DNA of 64,000 nucleotides from an uncultured Thermoleophilia bacterium (GCA_963717965.1 CAVQXS010000004.1:1228-65227), one strand, 5' to 3'. Positions 1-9,802 are shown, counted from the stretch's first letter. A program made the numbers and translations. The notes: a model not told the origin generated them from the sequence alone.

Positions 1-249
1 CAGAAGGCCGCCGGAGAGGTTACCCTCGAAGCTGCCGTTGAGCTGATGGAGCAGCGGCATGTCGTGGAGCAGGGAGGCCACCGTGGCGGCGACCAGCGAC
101 GCGAGCACGAGCGCTACAGCGTCGGCAGCCACGGTCGCCCCGACGCGCAATGACGCTGCGCGCCGCGCCGGGTATACGGCCGCACCCCTGTCGCGGGCGC
201 CCGCAGCCGCGCGTCGCGCACGCTCTCCCCTCAGTGCATCCCCTGCCAT
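1..249 (-). CDS. N-terminal part of a membrane protein, possibly a polyprenyl glycosylphosphotransferase (sugar transferase); runs off the window edge
   Basis: Manual translation from ATG at 249: MAGDALRGERARR...VGATVAADAVALVLASLVAATVASLLHD, open to base 1. The 'D-xx-A-L' hydrophobic helix resembles the N-terminus of WcaJ-like transferases. Confidence 0.4.
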   Translation of the reverse strand, partial: MAGDALRGERARRAAAGARDRGAAVYPARRAASLRVGATVAADAVALVLASLVAATVASLLHDMPLLHQLNGSFEGNLSGGLL

Positions 250-433
250 GTCGTCTGTATCGGCAACACCTTTGGGATACACGAGCGGATAGTCGTTCAG
301 ACGCAGCACCACAGCCCCAGCCCCCAACGCCTCCCACGAGGCCTGTGAAAGTTGCCCGCTTTCGGTCCCAAGCCTACCCGCTGTGGAGACCTCGGGAACA
401 CCCCCGCCGTGACGGCGCCGTAGTCAGTTTTGA

Positions 434-1208
434 CTACAGGAGAACTTCAAACGCTTCGATGCCCGTCGCTCGACCGCCGACGGCGGAGATGAGCGTGGCG
501 TCGAGGCGCACCGGCCCGTCGGCGACCTCGAACGCCTGCGGCAGCTCGGTCGTGAAGCGTCGCATGATGATATCAGTACGCACGCCGATCACCGAGTCGC
601 GCGGTCCGGTCATGCCGACGTCGGTCATGTAGGCGGTGCCGCCGGGGAGCACGCGCGCGTCGCTCGTCTGCACGTGCGTGTGCGTGCCCAGGACGGCGGT
701 CACGCGCCCGTCCAGGTAGTGCCCCATGGCGACCTTCTCGCTGGTCGCCTCGGCGTGCAGGTCGACGACGATCGTCTCGGCGAGCTCCTGCGCCTCCTCG
801 ACCAGGCGGTCGACGATGCGGAACGGCGAGAGGCCGGAGTTCAGGAAGAGCTCGCCGGCGAGGTTGATCACCGCGACCTCGGAGCCGTCCGCGGCCGGCC
901 GCACCGTGAGGCCGCGGCCGGGCGCTCCCGGCGGGTAGTTGGCCGGCCGCACGATGCGCTCGTCCGTTGCCAGGAATGGATACACTTCCTTCTGCCGCCA
1001 GACGTGGTTGCCGGTGGTGATGACGTCGACGCCGCCGGCGAGCAGCTGCTTGGCGATCTTGGAGGTGATGCCGGCGCCGTTGGCGGCGTTCTCGCCGTTG
1101 GCGATCACGAAGTCGACGGCGCGCTCGTCCGTGAAAGCCCGGGAGCCAGCGCAGCAGCGCCTCCCGCCCGGGCTTCCCGAAGATGTCGGCGACGAAGAGG
1201 ATGTTCAT
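434..1208 (-). CDS. ymdB: TIGR00282/YmdB family metallophosphoesterase; one frameshift near 1135
   Basis: MNILFVADIFGKPGR N-terminus in one frame; IANGENAANG, TTGNH, HAEATSEK, GTHTHVQT and TDVGMTG motifs in the adjacent frame. Confidence 0.9.
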
Positions 1209-1214
1209 AGGCTC

Positions 1215-1220
1215 AGTCTA
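1215..1220 (-). promoter_or_regulatory. -10 box (TAGACT) of a leaderless ymdB transcript
   Basis: TAGACT lies 6 nt before ATG 1208, with no Shine-Dalgarno. Confidence 0.55.
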
Positions 1221-1746
1221 CCCGAGGGCCAGGGTGCGGCCATGACGCCCCGGGACCGCCGCCTGAGCGCGACGGCAGACACGACAGGATGCCCGACGCG
1301 TTCAAGTAGCCAGCCGAGACGACGCTTCCCGCCGCTTGTCCCGCCTCGATGCGACCGCTCGGTGGCCAGCCACGCTCAAAGCCGCGCGGGCCCAGCGTAG
1401 GGGGTGGAATCGGCCGCCGGAACACTGCCCTTGCGTCCGAAGGCCTCGCGTACAGTCGTGCCCAGGAGTATCGCTGGCCGCAGTGCGCTAAGCGGCAGAC
1501 TCCTTCAGAGAGGGAGGGGCGATCTGACAGCGGCGCCAGCCGGCACATGCTCGTGGCCGCACCGGACGCGGACGGTGTGCTGACGCCTTCTGCTACGGAT
1601 GCGCGCATCAAGGAGCGTGACTGAACGAGCACCGTGGATTCGCTACCCGTCCGGCGAAGACCTGCAGTACGCGTACTGACGTCAGCGCAGCTCGCGACCG
1701 GGATCCAGGGACTGGCCGTCTCGGCCCTCTGAAGGGGGTACTTCAA

Positions 1747-2379
1747 GTGAGGAAGAAGACTCTTATCATCATCATTGTGGTCGTCGCCATCGCGGCGATC
1801 GCTGCCGCCGGCGCCTTCGCGTGGTGGTCAAATACGGCAACCCTCCCGGACAACACGATCAGCACGGGCGGGATCCACCTGTCAGCCGGTGATTCGGCCA
1901 TGAACTTCACCGGCTTCATGCCTGGCTCCGCCCCACAGACGCAGTGGATGTGGGTGCGTAACGACGGCAGCCAGAACATCATGATGTACGCCTACGTCAG
2001 GGTCCAGGACGGTTGGGATCCTGCTGTCCTCAACTACGTCAACGCGAACATCACGCTTGCGCCCAGCGGCTGGCCGGGCAGCCCCACGGACCTCGCCAAC
2101 AGCCTTGGGGGCACGGCGGGCGGTGGGACCGGCGACTATCCGGTCTATAGCGGCGTCGTCGCCGACCTTCTTGGGGCGGCCAATGGCAAGCTGTACCTCA
2201 GGACGATCACGCCTGACGGAACGACGCAGACGCCGATGACTCCCGGCCAGTACGCACTGTACAAGGTCGTGCTGAGCCTCGACCAGAACACGCCCAACAG
2301 CTTCCAGGACCAGACCGTCAAGTGCGATATCGTGTTCGTTGGCGGCCAGGTCGAGTCAGGGCTGACTCTCGACTTCTGA
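1747..2379 (+). CDS. TasA/camelysin-like secreted protein with a SipW-class signal peptide
   Basis: Basic N-terminus, hydrophobic helix, then GAFAWWSNT...N.ISTGGI.L; PG, VRNDGS and N.FQDQ motifs typical of TasA/CalY-like proteins; GGGGG RBS-like run upstream. Confidence 0.7.
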   Translation: MRKKTLIIIIVVVAIAAIAAAGAFAWWSNTATLPDNTISTGGIHLSAGDSAMNFTGFMPGSAPQTQWMWVRNDGSQNIMMYAYVRVQDGWDPAVLNYVNANITLAPSGWPGSPTDLANSLGGTAGGGTGDYPVYSGVVADLLGAANGKLYLRTITPDGTTQTPMTPGQYALYKVVLSLDQNTPNSFQDQTVKCDIVFVGGQVESGLTLDF

Positions 2380-2460
2380 TCGCAGCTGACACCGGCGAGC
2401 GGCTGAGAGACTTTGGTCGCCGGAGACCAGCCGGGGCGGCGCGGGTCTGCGTCGTCTTCG

Positions 2461-2496
2461 CGGAGAGTCGGCGACTCCATCCTCGCCGACTCTCCG
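2461..2496 (+). terminator. Perfect 14-bp GC-rich hairpin downstream of the tasA-like gene (terminator or processing/stability element)
   Basis: CGGAGAGTCGGCGA-ctccatcc-TCGCCGACTCTCCG; no U-tract. Confidence 0.45.
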
Positions 2497-2647
2497 GCCG
2501 GCTACATCCGCGTGACGGAGAGCCGTGCCGGCCTGAAGGCATCGTGAGAAGGCTGAACACTCATATCGCAGCCCTCCCCGGAAGGAGGCGAATCGCCGCC
2601 ACCGCCTCTGCGCTGGTGGCGGTCGCCTGCGGGAAAGCGGGTGCCCT

Positions 2648-4339
2648 TTGAGGCGGGCGAAGTTCACCTTCGCGTGCTCGCGCTGCGACGCCGTCTTCGC
2701 CGACGCCGACGCCTTGAAGGCCCATGCGCTTGGTCACACCTTCCTTGAGGGCGGCGATAGCGAATGCGCCAACGCGCGGCTCACCGTGACGTTTGCATGC
2801 TCGCGCTGCGGCATGAGCTTCGGCGGCCGCGACGAGTTGAGGGAGCACGCTGTCGCGCACACAGTGCGGCACGCCGATCTGCCGAGTCCCGAGACCCACG
2901 ACGCACCGCGCCGAGCCGCCGGGGCCAGCCCGCGAGCCACGGGTCGCGCATCGTCCTCGTGCCCCCGGCGCTCGCGCTCGCCGTCGCCCCCGCTGCCGCG
3001 CTCGCTGCTCGCGCTCGCCGCGGACGCGGAGTCGCCAAAGCCGCTACTCTTCTGGCCGCCGCGGTGGCGCTGTCCTTGATCGTCGCGTTCGCTGCCGAAT
3101 GCTTGGTGGTTCGCGACACCGGTGGCCATTCCGGCCCAGGTCTCGATGGGGAACTGGGGGGATCACCTCACCTTCAGTCCCGGCTGCTCTCGCGCGATCC
3201 ACACGTCCGGTTCGGGCCGCAACCAGTCGGCGCCATCGCCTCAATCGATTCGCAGGGTAGTCTGTCGCTCGACTTCGGCGACGTTCGTAGCCCCGACTCG
3301 AGTAGCTGGAACGACGTCTTTCGCATGACTTCGAGCGCGCAGACGTCGCTCCAGATCGCCTTCACAACGAGCGGCGCCATTGCGCCCTTCATCCAGAGCG
3401 TCGCGTTCGTCAACGACGCGACGACGGCCACCTGGAGCCGAACAACACCAGGAGCGTCGCGGTGCGACTCCTCGTGCCGCAGAAGATCGCCGCCGATGCG
3501 TACACCGGCACGGTGACGGTGAGGGTCATCGGGAGCAGCGAGAGCTTCGCCGTCCCCCTGACGGTCGCGGTGCTCGGCAAGACACCCCACCCGTGGCCCT
3601 CCACTTCGCCGTCACCGAGTTGCAGCCCCAGCGCGTCACCGAGTTGCAGCCCCAGCGCGTCAGCGAGTTGCAGCCCCAGCGCGTCGCCAGTTGCAGCCCC
3701 AGCGCGTCGCCGAGTTGCAGCCCCAGCGCGTCGCCGAGTTGCAGCCCCAGCGCGTCGCCGAGTTGCAGCCCCAGCGCGTCGCCGAGTTGCAGCCCCAGCG
3801 CGTCGCCGAGTTGCAGCCCCAGCGCGTCACCGAGTTGCAGCCCCAGCGCGTCACCGAGTTGCAGCCCCAGTCCCCCACCGCCGCCGATACGGCTCTTCGA
3901 ATCTCATCCCCGGCCTGTCGACGATCCTGCCGAGGCCGGGCGCGCAGACGCCGCTGCGACCGTGGCCAGCCTGCAGGCCGACGGCACCATCAAGCTCGAC
4001 TTCGGCGAGGTGCCCCGTGCGCAGCGGACAACCTTCGACGACGTGGTGCGCATGACCTCGCGGGCCGGCCGCACCCCCAACGTGAGCCTCGCCATCTCGG
4101 GGCCAGCCGGCGCAGTCGTCCAGTGGGTCGGCTTCTGGGGGGGCAAGCATGAAAGCGACAGCGGCGGACTCACGCTGAAGGCAGGGCACACAGAGCAGCT
4201 TGCTTTCGGGCTCTACGCGCCTTCGAGCACTAACCCTGGAGAGCTGCAGGGCAGCCTGACGATCACAGCAAGGCTTGCCGACGGTCGTGTGCAGCAGCGC
4301 CAACTGCCCATCGTCATCGACGTCGTGACCGCGCACTGA
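2648..4339 (+). CDS. Multi-frameshifted gene: two C2H2 zinc fingers, TM/SipW-like signal segment, and two copies of a beta-rich extracellular domain separated by a (PSCSPSAS)n linker
   Basis: Pieces in ORFs 2648..3079, 2764..3516, 3122..3328, 3462..4055 and 3380..4339 join colinearly. The duplicated motif is ASIDSQGSLSLDFGDV...WNDVFRMTS / ASLQADGTIKLDFGEV...FDDVVRMTS. Confidence 0.6.
3615..3871 (+). repeat. 24-bp tandem repeat, 10 full units plus 1 partial, encoding PSCSPSAS
   Basis: Unit CCGAGTTGCAGCCCCAGCGCGTC(A/G); unit 4 (3687-3709) lacks one G, shifting the frame. Confidence 0.95.
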
Positions 4340-4488
4340 GCGGACGCCCGCACTCGGTTCGATCCTGACGGTTCGGCCTCGCTCGATCTGCTTCCGACAG
4401 TCCGACTGACACGGGCCCCGCCTGCGGCCCTTGGCCGGGAGGCTACGGTTGCCAGACCGCCGTCCTGGCGGTGCACTTCAGGGGTGAG

Positions 4489-4710
4489 ATGTCTGAGCCC
4501 GACTGCCCATACCTCACCTGCGAGAAGACGGCCTTCCGGGGGACCCTGGACCTGACGGCCGCACCCAGGCCCATGGTCGTCGTGAACTAGTACTGCGAGC
4601 ACCCGTTCCACGGCATCCGCCTGGACCTCGGGGACGCGCGCGCCGATGTGGAGCAGCACTGCGCGGCCTGCTCGCTGCCGCGGCCGCAGTCGGACGGGGA
4701 CGAGACGTAG
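4489..4710 (+). pseudogene. Small Cys/His-rich protein interrupted by an in-frame TAG
   Basis: GGGGTGAG then ATG 4489: MSEPDCPYLTCEK...VVVN*YCEHPFH...HCAACSLPRPQSDGDET*; internal TAG at 4588-4590. Confidence 0.45.
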
Positions 4711-4739
4711 GGAGGCCGGCCGCCCGGCCGGCCCGCGGC

Positions 4740-6281
4740 TCAGCCGCCGATCAGCAGCTTGAGCGCGCCCTGCGCCGCCTGCAGCAGCGGCTGGGGGAAC
4801 AGGCCCACGAGCACGACGCCGAGCGCGGCGATGGTGACGGCGGTGGCGACGCCCATGTTGGACGCGGCCGGCTCGGCCTCGACCTCGGCGCCCTCGGGCG
4901 CCTCGCGGAAGTACAGGTACCAGACGACGCGCAGGTAGTAGAACGCCGACACGGCGCTCATGATCACGGCGACGATGGCGAGCCAGGTGAGGTCGGCCTG
5001 GATGACCGCGGTGAAGAGGTAGAACTTGCCCCAGAAGCCCACGGTCGGCGGGATGCCGGTGAGCGAGATCATGAACAGCGTCATGAGGATGGCCGGCCAC
5101 GGCATGGTGCGGCCCAGGCCGGCCAGGCCCTCGAGCGAGTAGTCGTACCTGCGCTTGGCGCGGATCCAGATGAGCACGCCGAAGGCGCCGAGGTTCATGA
5201 GCGCGTAGGCGGCCAGGTAGAAGAGGATCGCGCTGATGCCGAGGGTCTCGCCGCTCTTGCCGGCGGCGATGACGCCCAGCGTGAGGTAGCCGGCGTGGGC
5301 GATGCTCGAGTAGGCGAGCATGCGCTTGAGGTTGCGCTGCGGCAGGGCGAGCACGTTCCCGACCACCATCGTGAGCACCGCGAGGATGATCATGACGTGG
5401 CCCCAGTCGGCCCAGGCGAGGCCGGCGGCCATGATGAAGAGCTTGGCGAAGCCGGCGAAGGCGGCGGCCTTGACGGCGGTGGCCATGAAGGCCGTGACCG
5501 GGGTGGGCGCCCCCTCGTAGACGTCGGGCGCCCAGCTGTGGAACGGCACCGCCGAGACCTTGAAGCCGAAGCCGGTGACGACGAGCGCGAAGGCGACGAC
5601 GAGGAAGCCGTCGGCGGCCAGGCCGGAGGCCTGCAGGACCGCGAGCCCCTTGGCGATGCCGGCGTAGCTCGTCTGCCCCGTCGCCGCGTAGAGCAGCGCG
5701 AGGCCGAAGGCGAGGATCGCCGAGGAGAAGGCGCCGGTGACGAAGTACTTGAGCGACGCCTCGGTCGAGCGCTCGTCGCGCCAGATGTAGCCGGCGAGGA
5801 TGTAGGTCGGCAGCGACATGAGCTCGAACGAGACGAAGAAGGCGATGACGTCGGTGCTCATCACCATGCCGATCATGCCGGTGACGACGAGCAGCAGCAG
5901 GCCGTAGAACTCGCCGCGGGCGGCGCCGCGCTCGGCCAGGTAGGCGTCGGAGAGCAGCACGGCGAGCACGCCGATGGCGGCGAACAGCACGACGGCGTAG
6001 AGCGCGTAGCGGTCGTGCCCGATCATCCCCGCGAAGCCGACGACGGCCTCGCGGCGGCCGAACACGAGCCCGCCGGAGAAGACCTTCCAGACGGCGAAGC
6101 CGGCGGTCCACTGGCCCCACTGGCCGACGGCGACGGCGGCGCCGGCGAGCAGGCCGGCGACGGCGATCCAGGCCAGCGCGCCCTTGCGCCTCAGGAACAG
6201 GTCGGCGACGAAGACGACGATCGCCGCGACGGCGATGACGACGCCCGGCAGGATCACGGTGATGGTGTTGTTCACGGGCAT
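4740..6281 (-). CDS. nuoN: NADH-quinone oxidoreductase subunit N
   Basis: EASLKYF, FKVSAVPFHSWAPDVYEGAPTPVTAF, KRMLAYSSIAHAGY. Confidence 0.95.
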   Translation of the reverse strand: MPVNNTITVILPGVVIAVAAIVVFVADLFLRRKGALAWIAVAGLLAGAAVAVGQWGQWTAGFAVWKVFSGGLVFGRREAVVGFAGMIGHDRYALYAVVLFAAIGVLAVLLSDAYLAERGAARGEFYGLLLLVVTGMIGMVMSTDVIAFFVSFELMSLPTYILAGYIWRDERSTEASLKYFVTGAFSSAILAFGLALLYAATGQTSYAGIAKGLAVLQASGLAADGFLVVAFALVVTGFGFKVSAVPFHSWAPDVYEGAPTPVTAFMATAVKAAAFAGFAKLFIMAAGLAWADWGHVMIILAVLTMVVGNVLALPQRNLKRMLAYSSIAHAGYLTLGVIAAGKSGETLGISAILFYLAAYALMNLGAFGVLIWIRAKRRYDYSLEGLAGLGRTMPWPAILMTLFMISLTGIPPTVGFWGKFYLFTAVIQADLTWLAIVAVIMSAVSAFYYLRVVWYLYFREAPEGAEVEAEPAASNMGVATAVTIAALGVVLVGLFPQPLLQAAQGALKLLIGG

Positions 6282-7874
6282 CTAGAACAGCCCCCTGGTG
6301 ACCTCGAAGAGCTGCGCCAGGCCGTGGACGGAGGCGCTCGCCTCCTGCATCGACGGGGTGACCCGCTGGAGGATCACCTGCACCGGCACGTGCAGGAACG
6401 CGAGGAAGGTCTGCGGGTAGACGCCCAGCCAGATGACGAAGACGACGAGCGGGACCAGCGAGGTGATCTCACGCGCGCTGAGGTCCTTGAGCGCGAACGA
6501 CGGCTTGACCTCGTCGTCGCCGCGGTCGTTGAACATCGTGCGCTGGAACATCCAGAGCAGGTAGGCGGCGGCGAGGATCACGCCGAGGGCGGCGACCGCC
6601 GCCATCCAGCGCGAGTACTCGAAGACGCCGAAGAGGCTGAGGAACTCGCCGACGAAGCCGCTCAGCCCGGGCAGGCCGAGGGAGCCGAAGGCGAAGAAGA
6701 GGAAGAAGCCGGCGAGCACCGGCAGCGGCTTCGCCAGCGAGCCCATGTCGGCGATCAGCCGCGTGTGCGTGCGCTCGTAGAGGAAGCCGACCATGAGGAA
6801 GAGGGCGCCCGTGAGGAAGCCGTGGCTGAGCATGACGAGGATGGCGCCCTCGATGCCGGCGGCGTTGCCGGCGACGGCGATGCCGGCGAAGATGCCGGCG
6901 GTGACGAAGCCCATGTGGCTCACGCTCGAGTAGGCGACGAGCTTCTTGAGGTCCTTCTGCATCAGCGAGACGAGCGCGCCGTAGACGATGGCGATCACCG
7001 AGAGCCCGACGACCCAGGGGACGAAGGTGACGGCGGCGTCCGGGAAGAAGGGCAGGCAGAAGCGCAGCATGCCGTAGCCGCCCATCTTCAGGAGGACGCC
7101 GGCCAGGATCACGGAGCCCGCCGTGGGCGCCTCGACGTGCGCGTCGGGGAGCCAGGTGTGCAGCGGGAACATCGGCACCTTGATGGCGAAGGCGACGAAG
7201 AAGGCGAGGAACGCCCAGAACTGCAGGTGGTACGAGTACACCGCCTTGCTCAGCGCCTGGATGTCGAAGGTGAGCGTCCCGGTCGCGTTCTTGACGTAGT
7301 ACACGACGACGATGATCGCCAGCAGCATGAGCAGGCTGCCGACGAGCGTGAACAGGAAGAACTTGATCGCCGCGTAGACGCGCCGCGGGCCGCCCCAGAC
7401 GCCGATGATGAAGTACATCGGGATGAGCATGGCCTCCCAGAACACGTAGAAGAGGAAGAGGTCGGTGGCGCAGAAGACGCCGACCATGCCCACCTCGAGC
7501 AGCAGCAGCGAGATGAAGAAGCCCATCTCGCGGTCCTTGACGTAGTTCCAGCTGGCGATGATGACGATCACGCCGAGCAGCGTGGTGAGGAAGACGAGCA
7601 GCGCGGCGATGCCGTCGACGCCCATGCCGTAGCGGATGTTGAGCGTCTTGATCCAGCTGATGTTCTCGGCGAACTGCATGCCCGGCAGCTTGGTCTTGAA
7701 GGCGAACAGCATCCACACCGAGAGCGCGAAGGCGGCCAGCGTGACGACCAGCGAGACGACCTTGTAGACGGCCGGCTTGCCGCGCCCGACGAGCAGGATG
7801 AGCAGCACGCCCGCCAGCGGCAGGAAGGTGATGACGGAGAGCAGCGGGAAGCCGATCTGGTCGCTCCAGCTCAT
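6282..7874 (-). CDS. nuoM: NADH-quinone oxidoreductase subunit M
   Basis: FYVFWEAMLIPMY, AIKVPMFPLHTWLPDAHVEAPTAGSVILAGVLLKMG. Confidence 0.95.
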   Translation of the reverse strand: MSWSDQIGFPLLSVITFLPLAGVLLILLVGRGKPAVYKVVSLVVTLAAFALSVWMLFAFKTKLPGMQFAENISWIKTLNIRYGMGVDGIAALLVFLTTLLGVIVIIASWNYVKDREMGFFISLLLLEVGMVGVFCATDLFLFYVFWEAMLIPMYFIIGVWGGPRRVYAAIKFFLFTLVGSLLMLLAIIVVVYYVKNATGTLTFDIQALSKAVYSYHLQFWAFLAFFVAFAIKVPMFPLHTWLPDAHVEAPTAGSVILAGVLLKMGGYGMLRFCLPFFPDAAVTFVPWVVGLSVIAIVYGALVSLMQKDLKKLVAYSSVSHMGFVTAGIFAGIAVAGNAAGIEGAILVMLSHGFLTGALFLMVGFLYERTHTRLIADMGSLAKPLPVLAGFFLFFAFGSLGLPGLSGFVGEFLSLFGVFEYSRWMAAVAALGVILAAAYLLWMFQRTMFNDRGDDEVKPSFALKDLSAREITSLVPLVVFVIWLGVYPQTFLAFLHVPVQVILQRVTPSMQEASASVHGLAQLFEVTRGLF

Positions 7875-7875
7875 G

Positions 7876-9792
7876 TCAGCTCCCCCACACCCAGGCGAGG
7901 ACGACGACGAGCACGAGCATGCCGCCGAAGACGTACATCGCGTAGTTCTGCACGCGGCCCGTCTGGATGGGCCGCAGGTGGTCGCCGAACCAGTCCCAGA
8001 GCCAGGCGACGCCGTTGACGGCGCCGTCGATGACGCGCGCGTCGACGAAGGTCCAGAGCCAGCTGGCGAAGCCGAGCGTGGCGCCCACGGGCACGACCGC
8101 GTAGAGGTCGTCCAGGTACACCTTGTTGAGGCTGACGCGGTAGACGCCCGGCAGGCGCTCGGCGAGGCGCCCGGGGGCGTCCGTCTGGCGCACGTAGAGC
8201 CACCAGGCGATGTACAGCCCGACGAGCACGGTGACGAGCGAGGCGAGCATCAGCAGGCCGCCCTCGCCGGCCCAGTGGAAGGCCTCGCCCTCGACGTCGA
8301 AGAACACCGGGTGCAGGAACTCGTGGATCCAGCCCTCCTCGGGCGGGAAGCCGACGACGATGCCGAGCAGCGTCGCCGGGATGGCGAGCAGCACGAGCGG
8401 CACGGTCATGATCGGCGGGGACTCGTGGATGTGCGCCTGGACCTCGGCGTCGGCGCGGTTCTCGCCCCAGAAGGTCATGAAGATGAGGCGGCCCATGTAG
8501 ATGGCGGTGAGCAGCACGGTGATCATCGCCACCGCCCAGACCACGTACTGGCCCTTGAGGAAGGTGGCGCCGACGATCTCGTCCTTGGCCCAGAAGCCGG
8601 CGAAGGGGATCATGCCGACCATGGAGAGGGCGCCGGCGAGCATCGTCCAGAAGGTGAGCGGGATCTTCTTGCGCAGCCCGCCCATCTTGCGCATGTCCTG
8701 CTCGCCGCCCATGGCGTGGATCACCGAGCCCGAGCAGAGGAAGAGGAGGCCCTTGAAGAAGCCGTGCGCGAACAGGTAGAAGATGCCGGCCACCCAGGCG
8801 CCCGCGCCGAGGGCGACGAACATGAAGCCCAGCGACGAGATGGTGGAGTAGGCGATCACCTTCTTGATGTCGTTCTGGGTGATCGCGATGTAGGCGGCGA
8901 GGATGGCCGTGAAGATGCCGACGATCATGACCACGGTCATCGCCGTGTCGCTCTGGATGAACAGCGGGTACGAGCGCGCCACCATGTAGACGCCGGCGTT
9001 GACCATGGTGGCGGCGTGGATCAGGGCGCTGACCGGGGTCGGGCCCTCCATGGCGTCCGGGAGCCACACGTGCAGCGGGAACTGCGCGCTCTTGCCGATC
9101 GCGCCGGTGAAGAGCAGCAGGCAGATCCAGGTCATGGTGCCGGCGGCGATGTCGCCCTTCTCCGCCGCCTCGAAGACGCCGGTGAACTGCAGCGTCCCGG
9201 TGACCACGAAGATGAGGAACATCGCCAGGGTGAAGCCGAAGTCGCCCACGCGGTTGACGATGAACGCCTTCTTGCCCGCCTGGCTGGCGCTCTTCTTGCG
9301 GAACCAGAAGCTGATCAGCAGGTAGGAGCAGAGGCCCACGCCCTCCCAGCCCAGGAACAGCAGCAGGTAGCTGTCGGCGAGGATGAGCACGAACATCGCG
9401 AACATGAACAGGTTGAGGTAGGCGAAGAAGCGGTAGTAGCCCTCGTCGCCGTGCATGTAGCCGATCGAGTAGTAGTGGACCAGCATGCCGATGACGCCGA
9501 CGACCAGCAGCATGACGCCGGTGAGCGTGTCGACCTGGAAGCCCCAGGGCACGGTGAACTGGCCGGCGGCGATCCAGGTGAAGGCGTTCCAGACGAAGGT
9601 CTCCTCCTGGTGACGGAAGGCCCACTCGAAGCCGTAGACGGAGAGCACGGCCGAGATGGTCACCATGGCCACGGGGAAGATGTGCGCGTGCTTGCCCCAG
9701 CGCTTGCCGAACAGCAGCGTCACGATGAAGCCGAGCAGCGGCAGCAGCGGGATCAGCGCGACGGCGATCTTCATGTAGTCGGTCCCCTCCAC
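7876..9792 (-). CDS. nuoL: NADH-quinone oxidoreductase subunit L
   Basis: GKSAQFPLHVWLPDAMEGPTPVSALIHAATMV and the C-terminal QTGRVQNY motif. Confidence 0.95.
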   Translation of the reverse strand: MEGTDYMKIAVALIPLLPLLGFIVTLLFGKRWGKHAHIFPVAMVTISAVLSVYGFEWAFRHQEETFVWNAFTWIAAGQFTVPWGFQVDTLTGVMLLVVGVIGMLVHYYSIGYMHGDEGYYRFFAYLNLFMFAMFVLILADSYLLLFLGWEGVGLCSYLLISFWFRKKSASQAGKKAFIVNRVGDFGFTLAMFLIFVVTGTLQFTGVFEAAEKGDIAAGTMTWICLLLFTGAIGKSAQFPLHVWLPDAMEGPTPVSALIHAATMVNAGVYMVARSYPLFIQSDTAMTVVMIVGIFTAILAAYIAITQNDIKKVIAYSTISSLGFMFVALGAGAWVAGIFYLFAHGFFKGLLFLCSGSVIHAMGGEQDMRKMGGLRKKIPLTFWTMLAGALSMVGMIPFAGFWAKDEIVGATFLKGQYVVWAVAMITVLLTAIYMGRLIFMTFWGENRADAEVQAHIHESPPIMTVPLVLLAIPATLLGIVVGFPPEEGWIHEFLHPVFFDVEGEAFHWAGEGGLLMLASLVTVLVGLYIAWWLYVRQTDAPGRLAERLPGVYRVSLNKVYLDDLYAVVPVGATLGFASWLWTFVDARVIDGAVNGVAWLWDWFGDHLRPIQTGRVQNYAMYVFGGMLVLVVVLAWVWGS

Positions 9793-9802
9793 GGTCCCCT
9801 CG

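Noticed and set aside
1490-1545. c-di-GMP-I riboswitch upstream of the tasA-like gene
   Set aside because: GGCAGA-CTCCTTC...GGGAG loosely resembles the first hairpin, but the GAAA loop, CGCAAA junction and second stem are missing. An Infernal scan would settle it.
3615-3871. CRISPR array
   Set aside because: Head-to-tail 24-bp units with no spacers, inside a coding linker, and no cas genes.
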